Notes: generated from the letters alone by a model not told the origin. A stretch of 64,000 nt of DNA from an uncultured Planctomycetota bacterium (GCA_963849325.1 CAWKHF010000012.1:1475636-1539635); one strand, 5' to 3'. Positions 1 through 10,220 are shown, counted from the stretch's first letter. Numbers and translations are program-made.

Positions 1-1
1 C

Positions 2-109
2 GGCCTGGGCCAGGAGAAGATGGTAGACCTGGAGGTGATTCTTCCCCACGGCAAAAGCAAGGTTTCCCGGAAGAACGTCGAGGCGAACCAGCGGCTGACG
101 GTGAAACGG
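2..109 (+). CDS. C-terminal end of an ASPIC/UnbV (CRTAC1-like) protein, partial
   Basis: GLGQEKMVDLEVILPHGKSKVSRKNVEANQRLTVK resembles the UnbV C-terminus (FGLG..vD.eV..P.G......v.ANQ.L.v). Confidence 0.5.
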
Positions 110-169
110 GGCGCTGCTCCGCTCCTTCACCCCAGCACGCCCGCGCTGCCGGCACTTCTTCCGGACGCC

Positions 170-600
170 GACCGGACTCGGCGGTGGCTCCCGGACGCCA
201 GTTTCACGCCGACGGTCTACGAAGCGTGGAGCGCGCCTGGCGGCGTCGGCTACGGCGGCGGTCCCTTGGTGCCGCCGTAGCCGACGCAACGGGCGAGCGT
301 CGGACCCCAGGGCCGGGGGCGACAGCGCGGCTGGCCCCAGGCCGAGGAGGCGGCAGACCGCCTCGGCCAGACGCCGACCCCGTCGGTCGGTGCCCGGAAG
401 AAGTGCGGGGTGGGCCGGTCCGCTGGGGGGGAAGGGGCGTTGCGGCGCCGGCGGGGAAGGCGAACGATCGTTGCCGGCCCGCCCCGGCGGCTGGGCGCGC
501 CGGGCCGGCGCTGGCGGAGTTCCTCATCGAGCAGGAGGTCTCCGTGTACTGCTGCGTGCCAACGCTCCGGGCCACGCTGGACCGCGACGTGCCGATCTGG
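170..600 (+). pseudogene. Fragments of an NRPS-type adenylation domain
   Basis: The peptides ASFTPTVYEAWSAPGG..GGPLV and GPALAEFLIEQEVSVYCCVPTLRATLDRDVP lie in different frames and resemble A-domain segments. Confidence 0.4.
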
Positions 601-889
601 ATACCTTGGTTGCTGGTCTACAACATGCCACGCGCCGTACACTATCGGAAACCGCACACCGGCTGGGTTCCAAGTGGGATGCGACTTGAAGAAGCCAGAC
701 CTTCGGAGGAGGACAACAAACCATGTTCGCACGCATCGCCGCCATACGGTTGGCCTGCGGTTTTCTCGCCGTTACCAGCGCACCACCATCGAAGACAACG
801 AGTTCCGCTCTACCGACAACGGCATTCTCTCCGTCGAGGACGGCTCCGGCTGGGGCTACGCGAAACTCCGCGGCCGACTGGGGGACGTG

Positions 890-974
890 TATGGGCCGGA
901 GCTTTCTCCCGAGGACGGCGGCGTCGCCATCAGCCACCGCGGAACGAAGCGCTACACGGTGCCGGCACTCCAGC
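890..974 (+). repeat. 85-bp inverted copy of an internal segment of the SIS gene (partner at 4593-4677)
   Basis: Equals the reverse complement of 4593-4677 except for 3 mismatches. Both copies encode YGPELSPEDG.VAISHRGTKRYTV.ALQ. Confidence 0.95.
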
Positions 975-1029
975 AGTTACCAGAACACCTTTTTCCAGAA
1001 CACGGTCGCACGGTTGTTGGTCGAGGGCA

Positions 1030-1150
1030 CGCCGAGCGTGTAGAACAAGATACGCTGCGCCCGCAGATCCAACTCGGCACGGACCAGACGGTGTTGCCAC
1101 AGAGGGTCCACCCGAAAGATTCGGCCCAGCAACTGGACCTCCCCTTGGCC
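1030..1150 (-). pseudogene. Possible transposase C-terminal fragment
   Basis: GEVQLLGRIFRVDPLWQHRLVRAELDLRAQRILFY resembles planctomycete IS transposase C-termini (from recall, unverified). Confidence 0.3.
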
Positions 1151-1269
1151 GTAAGCGCCGAGAGCAAAAGGAGGGTGAACGACGGCCAGTGGCACCACGC
1201 CCTTGCGGACGCTGACCGTGTACATTGGGTCCGTTCTATCCCGGTAGGGTCCCGACAGAGGCAGGAGCC

Positions 1270-2952
1270 ATGCGCACTCCTCGAACCAGTAACCGAGAAA
1301 TCTACCTCGTGCAGCCGAGGTTCCCCCCCTCGTACTGGGGGCTGGAAACCATGCTCCGACTGACCCCGTTCCGGGCCGTGAATCCTCCCCTGGGCCTGCT
1401 CACGCTGGCAGCGCTCACCCCTCCTGAGTTCCGTGTGACGCTCTGCGATGAGAACGCCGGCGAGCGGGTCGATTATGACACCAGCGCCCAGATCGTCGGA
1501 ATCACCGGGTACAACCTCCAGAACGCACGGGTCTATGCTCACGCGGAGCGTTTCCGCGCCCGCGGCAAAACGGTCGTGCTGGGGGGACCGTTGGCCAACA
1601 TCTTGCCCGACGAGTGCCGGCCCTATTGCGACGTCCTGTTCCAGGGCGAGGCCGAGTATACCTGGCCGCAGTTCCTGCGCGAGTACGCCGGCGGCCGATG
1701 GGCCGACCACTACGAGCAGGAGGAGAAGATCCACATGCCCGACTCGCCCCCTCCGCGTCTGGACCTCCTCCACAGCCGATACCTGCAGGGCATCGTCCAG
1801 TGTACGCGCGGCTGCCCGTTCACTTGCGAATTCTGCGACATCATCGTGATGTACGGCCGAAAAATGAGGTTCAAGCCGGTCGAGCAGGTGTTGCGAGAGG
1901 TCCAGGCCTGGAAGCGGCACGGCATGACCCAGGTCTTCTTCGCCGACGACAACTTTGTCGGCCATCGCGCCTATGCCCGGGACTTGTTGAAGCAACTGGC
2001 GGCCTGGAACCGGAGACAGCACCGTCCGCTGTCGTTTTTCACCCAGGTCAGCATCGACATGGTCCGCGATGAGGAACTGCTGGGTCTGCTCCGCGCCGCC
2101 AATTTTGCGGCGGTCTTCATCGGCGTCGAAACGCCCCGTAAGGACAGCCTGGCCGAGACCCGCAAGACCCAGAACGAGAAAGTCGATCTGGTCCAGGCCA
2201 TCCACACCATCCAATCGTACAACCTGTTCACCTGGGCCGGCATGATCGTGGGGTTCGATCACGATGACGCCGGCATCTTCGAGGAACAGTACCAATTTCT
2301 CCAAAAAGCACAGATCCCGGTGGCCATGCTGAGCGTTCTGCTGGCCATCCCCAAGACTCCCCTTTACAAGCGACTCGAGGCTGAAGGCCGGCTCCTCATG
2401 CCAACCGGAGGCCCGACCTTGCCGCTCGACCTGGACCATGACGACCACGTCCACTGGGAAGGGACGGACGGTCGGACCAACTTCCGACCGCTGCGCCTGA
2501 CGATGGAGGAGTTACAGTTGGGACAGCGAAAGCTCTACCAGAAGCTCTACTCCCCCGAGGCGTTCCAGGAGCGTTTGCTCGGCAATCTCCAGCGGTTCGC
2601 GGACGTCGGCTCGCGTTCCGGGCCGATCGACTGGGAGTTCCTCGCCAGCTTTTTCCAGCTGGCGCGGCACAACTGGCGGCAGGGGCCGCAGGCGCGGCGG
2701 TTCTTCTGGCGAACGTTGTGGTCGGCCCTCCGGCACTCGCCGCGCAGCCTACTCCAGGTTGGGATGCAGTTGGGAATGTACGAGCATTTCGCCCAGGTCC
2801 ACGCGGATGCCTGGTCGTGGAATCCCTGGCAGCAAGGCCGCGAGGAGGAAGGATTGGTGCCGAACGGTGTGACAAAGAATTGTGGGCCGGGTCGAAGTCA
2901 AACGGCTTGTAGAGTACGCCATACAGGTCCGTCCGCCCGTCCGCCGCCTTGA
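1270..2952 (+). CDS. B12-binding radical SAM protein (DUF4070 / HpnP-like class B methyltransferase family)
   Basis: PPLGLLTLAALTP B12-binding N-terminus, RGCPFTCEFCD CxxxCxxC motif, FFADDNF motif, GGAG RBS before ATG 1270. Confidence 0.9.
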   Translation: MRTPRTSNREIYLVQPRFPPSYWGLETMLRLTPFRAVNPPLGLLTLAALTPPEFRVTLCDENAGERVDYDTSAQIVGITGYNLQNARVYAHAERFRARGKTVVLGGPLANILPDECRPYCDVLFQGEAEYTWPQFLREYAGGRWADHYEQEEKIHMPDSPPPRLDLLHSRYLQGIVQCTRGCPFTCEFCDIIVMYGRKMRFKPVEQVLREVQAWKRHGMTQVFFADDNFVGHRAYARDLLKQLAAWNRRQHRPLSFFTQVSIDMVRDEELLGLLRAANFAAVFIGVETPRKDSLAETRKTQNEKVDLVQAIHTIQSYNLFTWAGMIVGFDHDDAGIFEEQYQFLQKAQIPVAMLSVLLAIPKTPLYKRLEAEGRLLMPTGGPTLPLDLDHDDHVHWEGTDGRTNFRPLRLTMEELQLGQRKLYQKLYSPEAFQERLLGNLQRFADVGSRSGPIDWEFLASFFQLARHNWRQGPQARRFFWRTLWSALRHSPRSLLQVGMQLGMYEHFAQVHADAWSWNPWQQGREEEGLVPNGVTKNCGPGRSQTACRVRHTGPSARPPP

Positions 2953-3655
2953 CCGTGAACTCCTCCGGCGGAGTCCCGTGCAACTCCCGGAGACCGCTGG
3001 CGTCCACCTCCTCGAGTTTCTGCATGAGCTTGCCGTCGGCGCGGCGCAGCTCGGCCGCCGGCGGCCGAGCCACGGCGGAATGGGTGTCGAGAAAATACTC
3101 AGGTGTCGGGCTGAATTCGATGCCGCCCCTCCAGGTCGGATGGACACCGGAATAGCCGTGCTGGCCCGGCGCTTCGGTCAGCCGCGCGAACCGCTGGCCG
3201 TTCCGATCCACGCGGCAGAGGTGCGTGTCATACGGTCGCTTGGCATCGACGTGGGCGGTGAAGTAAACCCAGCCGCCTTTCTTATCGACCGTGATGACCC
3301 GGACGACCGGGAACCTCCCCGACGTGAGCTGCTTGAGCAGCTTTCCGTGGAGATCGTACAGGTAAAGGTGCCTCCACCCGTCGCGCTCGGACAACCACAG
3401 GAAGCGCTGGCCGTCCACGAACAGATCCGGGTATTGGATGTCCGCGAGCCACGTATCCACCCCGGTTTTGGAGGCCTCTCTCAGCAGCACTCGCGTCTTA
3501 CCGCTTTTCGCGTCGGCGACCAGGAAATCCAGCGTTTTCAGCGTCCGATCCGCGCGCGTGAAGAGGAAGCCTGAGCCGTCTGAGAGCCAGGCTTGAATGT
3601 GAACGTATTGGTCAAGCTCCGGCCCGGTGTCGATCCGGATCGGTTGGCGCATCGC
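2875..3655 (-). pseudogene. Internal fragment of an S9B/DPP-IV peptidase (beta-propeller part; catalytic domain missing)
   Basis: WLSERDGWRHLYLYD, QLTSGRFPV and PEEFTVKAADGRTDLYGVLYKPFDFDP are present, then homology stops. The 5' end abuts the MITE-like element. Confidence 0.85.
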
Positions 3656-3659
3656 AACG

Positions 3660-3755
3660 GCTTTGCAACGTAATTCCGGAAAGTGGTAATCTGGTGAAGC
3701 TAGGTGACTAACCATGTTCACCAACTTGACATTTTGCCGAATTACGTTGCAAAGC
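3660..3755. mobile_element. MITE-like element / IS-end remnant with 17-bp terminal inverted repeats
   Basis: GCTTTGCAACGTAATTC ... GAATTACGTTGCAAAGC enclosing an AT-richer core, located at the peptidase breakpoint. Confidence 0.6.
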
Positions 3756-3821
3756 TCCGTAGGCGGACGAGACAGGAACAGCCCGCCGCGCGGGAGCACG
3801 CCAAGAGAAGCGATTTCGTCA

Positions 3822-4935
3822 TCATTCGTACCTTGGTGTCAGAGTTGAACCAGTTTGTCGAGCGCGAGCGAAGCGCGGATCTTCCAGGCGAAACCCATCC
3901 GGATTCGTGCCGCGTTCCAGCGCCAGGAAGTAGGCGAACAGCTGTAAGGGCACAAGGCACGTCAGCGCGCTCCAGGGTTCGGGAACGCCTGGCACGATGC
4001 ACCACCCGGCCGCGGCCGGCCCGAGCGCCTGCGGTGTCCCGTCGCTGACCATCAGGTAAGGGATGCCGACCTCTTGAACCATCCTGCCGAACTCGACAAG
4101 CCGCTCCTGGCCCTTTCCAGCCGGGACGATCAAGACGAACACGTCCTCTGGCTCGGCACACTGGAACGGCCCGTGCAGCAGTGTTTCGACGGCCATCCCC
4201 TCCGCCTGTAAATAAGACGTTTCCTTGATCTTGAGTGCGATCTCCTGGGCCGTAACCGCTGAAGGCCCGCCCCCGACGAGCCAGATGCGCCGACATTGCA
4301 CGGTGCGCATCGCACCAGTCCTTCACTTCGGCCTCGGTGCGCGTGGCCTCCCGCAGGGTGGCCGGAAGCGTTCGATGCAAGAGTTCCGCGGCGGAGGCAT
4401 CCTCCTTCCCCCGCTGCGCACCGACCCGTGTCGCCAGCAGCGCCAGCACGGCGATCGCGCCGACGTAGCTGATGGTGTGGGCCGACGATTGCTCCTGGGC
4501 AACCGTCTGGAAGGTGGCATCTGCATCTTCCGCCGCGGCAGGCGGGCCTTCTCCCGTTAGGAGGGCCACGCGGCAGCCAGCCTGTCGGGCCCGCTGGAGT
4601 GCCTGCACCGTGTAGCGCTTCGTTCCGCGGTGGCTGATGGCGACAACGCCGTCCTCGGGAGAAAGCTCCGGCCCATAGTGGACGAAGTCGAACGAGTGCC
4701 AGGCCCGTACCGGCAAGCCGGGACTGTACGCCCGGACCAGGTGCTCGCCGACCTGGGCTGCGTGGTAGGAAGTCCCGATGCCGACCAGGACGAGCTGACG
4801 CCAACCTCGGCTCGGTGCCGCGAAGGCGTCCACCGCCGCCGCGTTCCGCCGGATCGAGTTGGCGAACCCATCCGGCTCGGCCAGGACATGCTCGTACATG
4901 TGAAACGGGTGCTGACTTCGTGGTTCGTTCGGCAT
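3822..4935 (-). CDS. Double-SIS-domain sugar-phosphate isomerase (GlmS C-terminal-like), frameshift near 4300
   Basis: HMYEHVLAEP, LVGIGTSYHAA, AISHRGTK, EIALKIKETSY..AEG..E..LHGP, PLQLFAYFLALERGTNPD. Confidence 0.85.
4593..4677 (-). repeat. Source copy of the 85-bp inverted duplication (partner at 890-974)
   Basis: Direct sequence comparison. Confidence 0.95.
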
Positions 4936-5046
4936 GTCGTCCCCGGTTGAATCCGCCGTTGTTGAAGTGCCACGCCGGGCCGCCTCCCCGGCCACTTCCA
5001 CGCCCTGGCCGTCAACGATACTTCCCTTCAACGCAGCGAGAATCTC

Positions 5047-6640
5047 TCAGGGCGGTCGTTTCGCTGTCGTTGTCATTGGCCCCGTAGAAGAGGATGGTCC
5101 AGGGACGCTCTGTTTCTCCCTGCCTTTCTTCTCCGGCGGTTTCCCATGCTCGGGTATCCCCGTCCCTTCGCCCGGCTTGCTCGGCTGGGCTGCTTTCCCG
5201 GACACCTTCGCCAGCCAGCCGCGCAGCGTCTCCAGCACGACCGGGTTGTACTCCGGCAAGGGAGAAGCTTTGCCGGATGGGGGCACATTCCCCCAAACGG
5301 CGAGGCGGAAGCTCTCCTCCGGCGAGGCGACGCGATAGAACCCGTGGTCGATGCCGTCCAGCGCGACGAACCCTGCCCGACCGGGATGGGCTTGGTTCAC
5401 GATCCACGCGATACGCTCGTCGAAATAGCCCGCGCATTGCCAGTCGCATTTGCCCCAGAGGGCCAGCACCTCCGCATCGACCTTGGCCCAGGCGCCGTCG
5501 ATGCTCCGCTCGGCCAACTGGTGTGCGAACCGGTAATGACGGCCGCTGATGTAGTCTCCCTCGGCGTTGAGGACCTTCAGCAGGTCGCGCAACTCGGGGT
5601 GCTTCTCCGCCACCTCGGCCGGTCGCATCTTCTCCAGGAACAAATAGGCAAAGACCCGCGCCCACCGATTCATCTGCCGATCCGCCTCGGCCGGCGCGGT
5701 CCCCTCGAACGTCATGACGCGGCGCCGCTGTTCCAGGACGGCCTCGAACCACGTCTTGGAGCCTGTGCCGTAGAACGCGACCCCCTTGACCGGCTCGTCC
5801 ACCGCCACCAGTGGCGCCGTAATGCCGCCCATGCTGTAACCGAACAGGAACACGTTGTCGGCGTTCACGAAGGCGAATCCCTTGAGCGCCTTGAGGGCCT
5901 GCCGGTAACCGTCCAGGACGGTCTGCAGGTCGAGGTCGCGGCAGGGACCGCCTTCGCTGTCCCCGGAGCCGTGCTGGTCCACGCGCATCACCACGTAGCC
6001 GTGCCGCGTCAGGTCGTCGGCCAGCCAGCGCAGCTGGTCCGGCGGTCCCGTCGGGGTGTCGATGGAGCCGCAGCCGTAGCCACCCTGGAGGAGCAGCACC
6101 GCGGGGTGCCGGCCGACGTTTTTCGGCCGGGTCACGATGGTGCGGAGCCGGCTGCCGTGGCTGCGGACCTGCCTGTAGGTGATGTCGTAGGCGTCGCTCG
6201 TTTCCCGCGGTTTCTCCCGCATCGTCACCTTCTTGCTGGTCCTCTCGCCGTCCCGCACCACCTCGACCGTCACCGTGTCGCCTACACGGATCGCGCCGAC
6301 CTTCTTCAGAAAGGCGGGGATGCCGGCGACCTTGGAGCCGCCCAGGGACAGGATCACGTCGCCGGGCTGGAGGCCGGCCTCCGCCGCCGTGGTGCGGGGG
6401 AAGACCTGCGCGAGGACCACGCCGTCGGCCCCGTCGAGCTTCTGGCGCTCCCGCACTTCCTTGGTGACGGGTCCGACCTGGACCCCGAAGAACGCCTTGC
6501 GCGGCAGCGGCGCCTCCTCCGCCGAGGGGCGCGTTTCTTGCTGGCCGGACACCGCCTGACACCAGCAGACAAAAAGCGCAGTCGAGGCGAGGACACCCCC
6601 GCATCGTGCGGCGAAGCTCGGTAGTGGGCGATTAGTGTGT
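5047..6640 (-). CDS. Secreted PDZ-domain alpha/beta hydrolase (start uncertain; in frame with the upstream fragment)
   Basis: Signal-like segment, PDZ (AAEAGLQPGDVILSL), G-Y-S-M-G nucleophile elbow, DH near the C-terminus. Confidence 0.8.
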
Positions 6641-6689
6641 TGATGCCGTCTGGAGCAGTTCAAGCAGCGTCCACGGATGATCCGTCGTC

Positions 6690-7032
6690 GTCTTCCATTC
6701 CGCCCGTAGGTCTTGCCGATGGCCAGTTCCGCCACCTTGATCCAGTTCTCGATCTCGGTCACGTCGTCGGGCGAGATGTTGACGGCCTTGCCGAACAACT
6801 CTTCGGCCACTTTCAATTGGCGGCTCATGTTGCCAGGCCGCTCGAAGTCCTTGCTCATCGAGGAGCAGAGGTTGTCCCGACCGGCTTTCGCAGCTTTCTC
6901 CAGTATCTCTCGGTCAGAGCCGACCAGGGGAAGTACGATGACGATCTTCTGCGCAACATCTTCGGGACGCCAGCGCTCGTCCAGCGAACGATAGAGTTCA
7001 CGCAGAATCGTTTCCGGCTCGTACTGCGTCAT
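6690..7032 (-). pseudogene. N-terminal fragment of a conserved hypothetical protein (RWRPEDVA motif), fused in frame to the hydrolase
   Basis: GGAGG RBS plus ATG at 7032. About 112 aa of protein-like sequence, then a low-complexity junction (RNGRRRRIIRG). Confidence 0.55.
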
Positions 7033-7073
7033 GGTGCCTCCCAATTTAGTCAGCCCAACAAGGAGAAGCAAGA

Positions 7074-7109
7074 ACCTGCCCGGCTCTCCCGAACCGAGCA
7101 GGTCGGTTC
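7074..7109 (-). promoter_or_regulatory. Overlapping alternative hairpins (terminator/antiterminator-like)
   Basis: Minus strand: GAACCGA-cctgc-TCGGTTC overlaps ACCTGCTCGGTT-cgggag-AGCCGGGCAGGT, which is followed by a pyrimidine tract. Confidence 0.45.
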
Positions 7110-7145
7110 AATCTTCCCTAGAAGTAGTGATTCCGATTCACGCCA

Positions 7146-7313
7146 TCAAAAGCAACCGGAGTTGCGGCAGCACTTCTTGAAGCGTTTACCCGACCCGCAT
7201 AGGCAGAGATCGTTCCTTCCCAACTTCTCGGTCAGTTCCTTGTTGCCGTGAACGATCCGCACGCCACGCTTCACCTTTGCCTCGGACGGGAATCCTTTGC
7301 GGCGCTTGCTCAT
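7146..7313 (-). CDS. Small SEC-C metal-binding motif protein
   Basis: [20 protein letters not shown]. The +1 frame continues DGVNRNHYF to a TAG at 7118-7120. Confidence 0.85.
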   Translation of the reverse strand: MSKRRKGFPSEAKVKRGVRIVHGNKELTEKLGRNDLCLCGSGKRFKKCCRNSGCF

Positions 7314-7489
7314 CGGCTCGAAAAAAATGGCCGTTCGTCGAAATCTTGCTGGTCCATGATCCACCGTCTTTCCTCAGCGAACAACGGGCGAGAATGGCTG
7401 CTCCGGTGGACACCGAATGCCGGCGACAGGTTCGACACGAATTTCGGGTGATTGCGAACCCTCTCTGGCTGGTTCGTGTCCTCCCCTTC

Positions 7490-8250
7490 ATGGACACGAA
7501 CCTCCTCGACATCAAGTTCGCCCGCATCGGCGCACGGCTGAAGGTCGCTGATCGTCCGTCCCGGCGCAGCCGCACGTCGGGCGTCATCTCCCTGGACGTG
7601 CAGGCCGACCACAAAGGCGAGTTCTTCGAGATCGTCCGGCAGCCGGGGGCCGAGGCCGAAATCGCCGTCCTCGACGTGCAGCCCGCCGACCGCCATCTCC
7701 TCCTCCTCGTCCGTGAAGGCAAGGACAAGAGCAAGTTCCTTTGCGGCCACGACGAACGCCATTTTTTCGTCGCCGGTATCCCCGAATCCGCCCCGGTCGG
7801 CACCGTCCGCCAGGCCAAGGAAGCCCTCAAGCCTGCCGAGGTTCAGACCGCCCAGGCCCGCCAGTGCCTCAAGGGCAAGGCCCGCAACCGCCGCAAGAAC
7901 GCCGCCTTCGTCCGCCAGGGCGAGTGGTTCTTCCTGCCCGTGCCCGATTTCGCCGTGAACGAGAAGCTGGTCCTGCCGAACGAGTCGCTGCGCCGGGGCA
8001 ACGGTGGCAAGCCGCATTGGGCCGAGTTCTGCTACCGCACCGGCGGCGAGACGGTCTACGTCTGCTCCCGCCATTCCAACGGCGTCACCGTGGCGCAGTA
8101 CCGGAGCATCCTGGCTGGCAACTCGAAGGCGGACACCTGGGATTGGCGCATGATGCTTCGGAATGCCGGCGTCTACGTCCGTGGCCGGGTCCGGCACCCG
8201 ACCACGCCACGATCACGCTTAACGGCTGGCACCGGGTCTTGATGAACGCC
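7490..8250 (+). CDS. Conserved hypothetical protein (RQGEWFF / HPDH motifs), frameshift near 8200, C-terminus possibly truncated
   Basis: Strong GC3 codon bias; FLCGHDERHFFVAGIP, RQGEWFF, and HPDHATITLNGWHRVLMN across the shift. Confidence 0.65.
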
Positions 8251-8442
8251 GACCGGTCGCTCACGCCAATTGGTCAAGGTGATCCTTGGACATTTGGTGG
8301 CGTTTCTGCTACCCATTTAGGGCTATGCCTGGCCGATCATTCGGAACGTCAGGTTGATTCGCTCGCCGACGCTCTGCGTGGTCTTCGGAATTTCGTGCTT
8401 CCAAAACTGCTGCATGGTTCCGGCCATGATGAGGAGCGTGCC

Positions 8443-9132
8443 GTGGCCCACGAACGGAAGAAATGGACACTCGGCAAGGGCGCGGCCTTCGTCAAGGGCC
8501 GCTTGAAGCGCCTCCCTCAAGAGAATGAGAGTTGGGAGGCCGACTTCAAGGCATTGCCCAAGCCGCTCTCGCAGACCGAGACGCACTACCTGGGGCTGGT
8601 TGTCGTGCAGGGCGAAGGCTCCGTCCTCGCCGAGGAGCAGGTGGAGCGCACGCCCGGCGTCAACGACCTGGCGACCCTCCTGGCCCACGCCATGCGCCGG
8701 CCCCTGACCGGGTCCGGGCACCGGCCGAAGCGCGTCCGGGTCCGCAAGAACCCGCGCTGGCCGGAGCTGTTCCCCCACTTGCAGGAGATCGGCATCGAGG
8801 CCGTCGTGGACAGCGACCTGGACACACTCCGCACGACGTACCACGACCACCTGCGCCGGGTCCGGGAAGCTCGCCGGAAAGGCATGGTGAAGCCGAACGC
8901 CGAGCAGGCCAGCGTGGAGAAACTGTTCCCGGCCGTGGCCCAGTGGGTGCGGGATGGGCACATCGAGATCGGCGACCAGGAAGGCTTCGGCTTCGTGGTT
9001 CGCGCTCTGGACTACGGCGGGCTGGCCTTCGAGGACGACCGGCCGAACACGCTCGCCGAGGCGCTGGCCGCGCTCGAAAAGGGTATACGGGCGTGGTGCG
9101 AGGAGCAGGGCATCGAAAGAGAAGATGCGTGA
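8443..9132 (+). CDS. Hypothetical protein
   Basis: GAGGAG RBS, GTG start, high GC3, 229 aa. Confidence 0.7.
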   Translation: MAHERKKWTLGKGAAFVKGRLKRLPQENESWEADFKALPKPLSQTETHYLGLVVVQGEGSVLAEEQVERTPGVNDLATLLAHAMRRPLTGSGHRPKRVRVRKNPRWPELFPHLQEIGIEAVVDSDLDTLRTTYHDHLRRVREARRKGMVKPNAEQASVEKLFPAVAQWVRDGHIEIGDQEGFGFVVRALDYGGLAFEDDRPNTLAEALAALEKGIRAWCEEQGIEREDA

Positions 9133-10220
9133 CAGCGCGATCGACAGGGGTATCGGGGATCGCTTCCAACCACATCTTCGTGATACTCCACCTCCCAGAT
9201 GGGCGCCCCAACGCCCCGCCCGGCCGGCGACACCGCGTCATGGGCCACGGTCTTGGGATGGCCTGCCCGGCCCTGAGCGTGGACATACTGGTGGAAGGGG
9301 ACGTCCCGGCCCAGGTTATAGCGGGCGATGTATTCGGCACCGGACAGCAGGCGGTTATTCTCATAGCCGTAGAGGTCGTCGCCCTGGTTCCAGGCCATCT
9401 CGCAGAAGCTCGCCAGCCAATCGAAGCCGGCCTGCGTGTGCCCCTGGTCGCGGCCCGACTCCTGCCACTGGCCCAGGTGGCCCGGATGGATGTACGTCAC
9501 CGCATGGCGGATGGCGCCGTTGCCGCCGCCGCCCTTGAAATAGGCGACGGCCTCGTTGTAGATGTCGCGGCGGTCGCACAGGACGCCGACCGCCAGCATG
9601 GAGGCCATGTTGCACGTATCCCAGTTGGCGTAGTAATTGGTGATGACGGCGTCGTTGTGACGAACCAGGAAGTCGTGGTTGGCCTTAGAGAACACGTTGA
9701 GCATCATGTCCTGGAAGCGCTTGAAATCCTCCGCAGCCCAGCCTGGGTAGGTGCGCAGGATCTCGCCGGCGTTGGCGAATTGATAGCCCTGAATGCCCAG
9801 CGCCAGGAAGCGGTCGGCGTTGCCGCCGATGCGCTTGAGCGTGCCGGACCAGGCGTTCAGGATGTCGACCGCCTTTTTGGCGTAGGCTTCGTCGCCGCTG
9901 ACCTTCCAGCGCACCGCACACAGGTAGGCGGCGTGAGTGCTCTGATAAAGTTGAGCAACATTCGGCCCCTTCACCCCCTGGCCGCGAACCACCTCCTCCG
10001 CCGGACGCGGCCGGAAACCCAGTTGCGCGAGCGGACTGGCGGTCAGCTGCTTCCAGCCGTCCCGCCACGGCTGAGCCTCGCCCTCGACCTTCGCTTTCAG
10101 GCGTGCAAAATCCGCCTGGGTGTGCAAGAGGCCGGGGTGGACGAACTTCTGTGCCCGACCGGGGGCGCGGGGGGCGGCCGTCTTGTTACGTCCAGGTGCG
10201 TGAGCGGGGCACACAGGCAT
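9012..10220 (-). pseudogene. Alginate-lyase-family (PF05426-like) protein, C-terminally truncated
   Basis: FVHPGLLHT, ILNAWS, YYANWD, GQWQESGRDQGH, AWNQGDDLY. Homology ends near PIWE (about 9195). Confidence 0.75.

Noticed and set aside
890-4677. DGR template/variable repeat pair
   Set aside because: No reverse transcriptase is present, the 3 mismatches are not all at adenines of one strand, and the segment is mid-gene.
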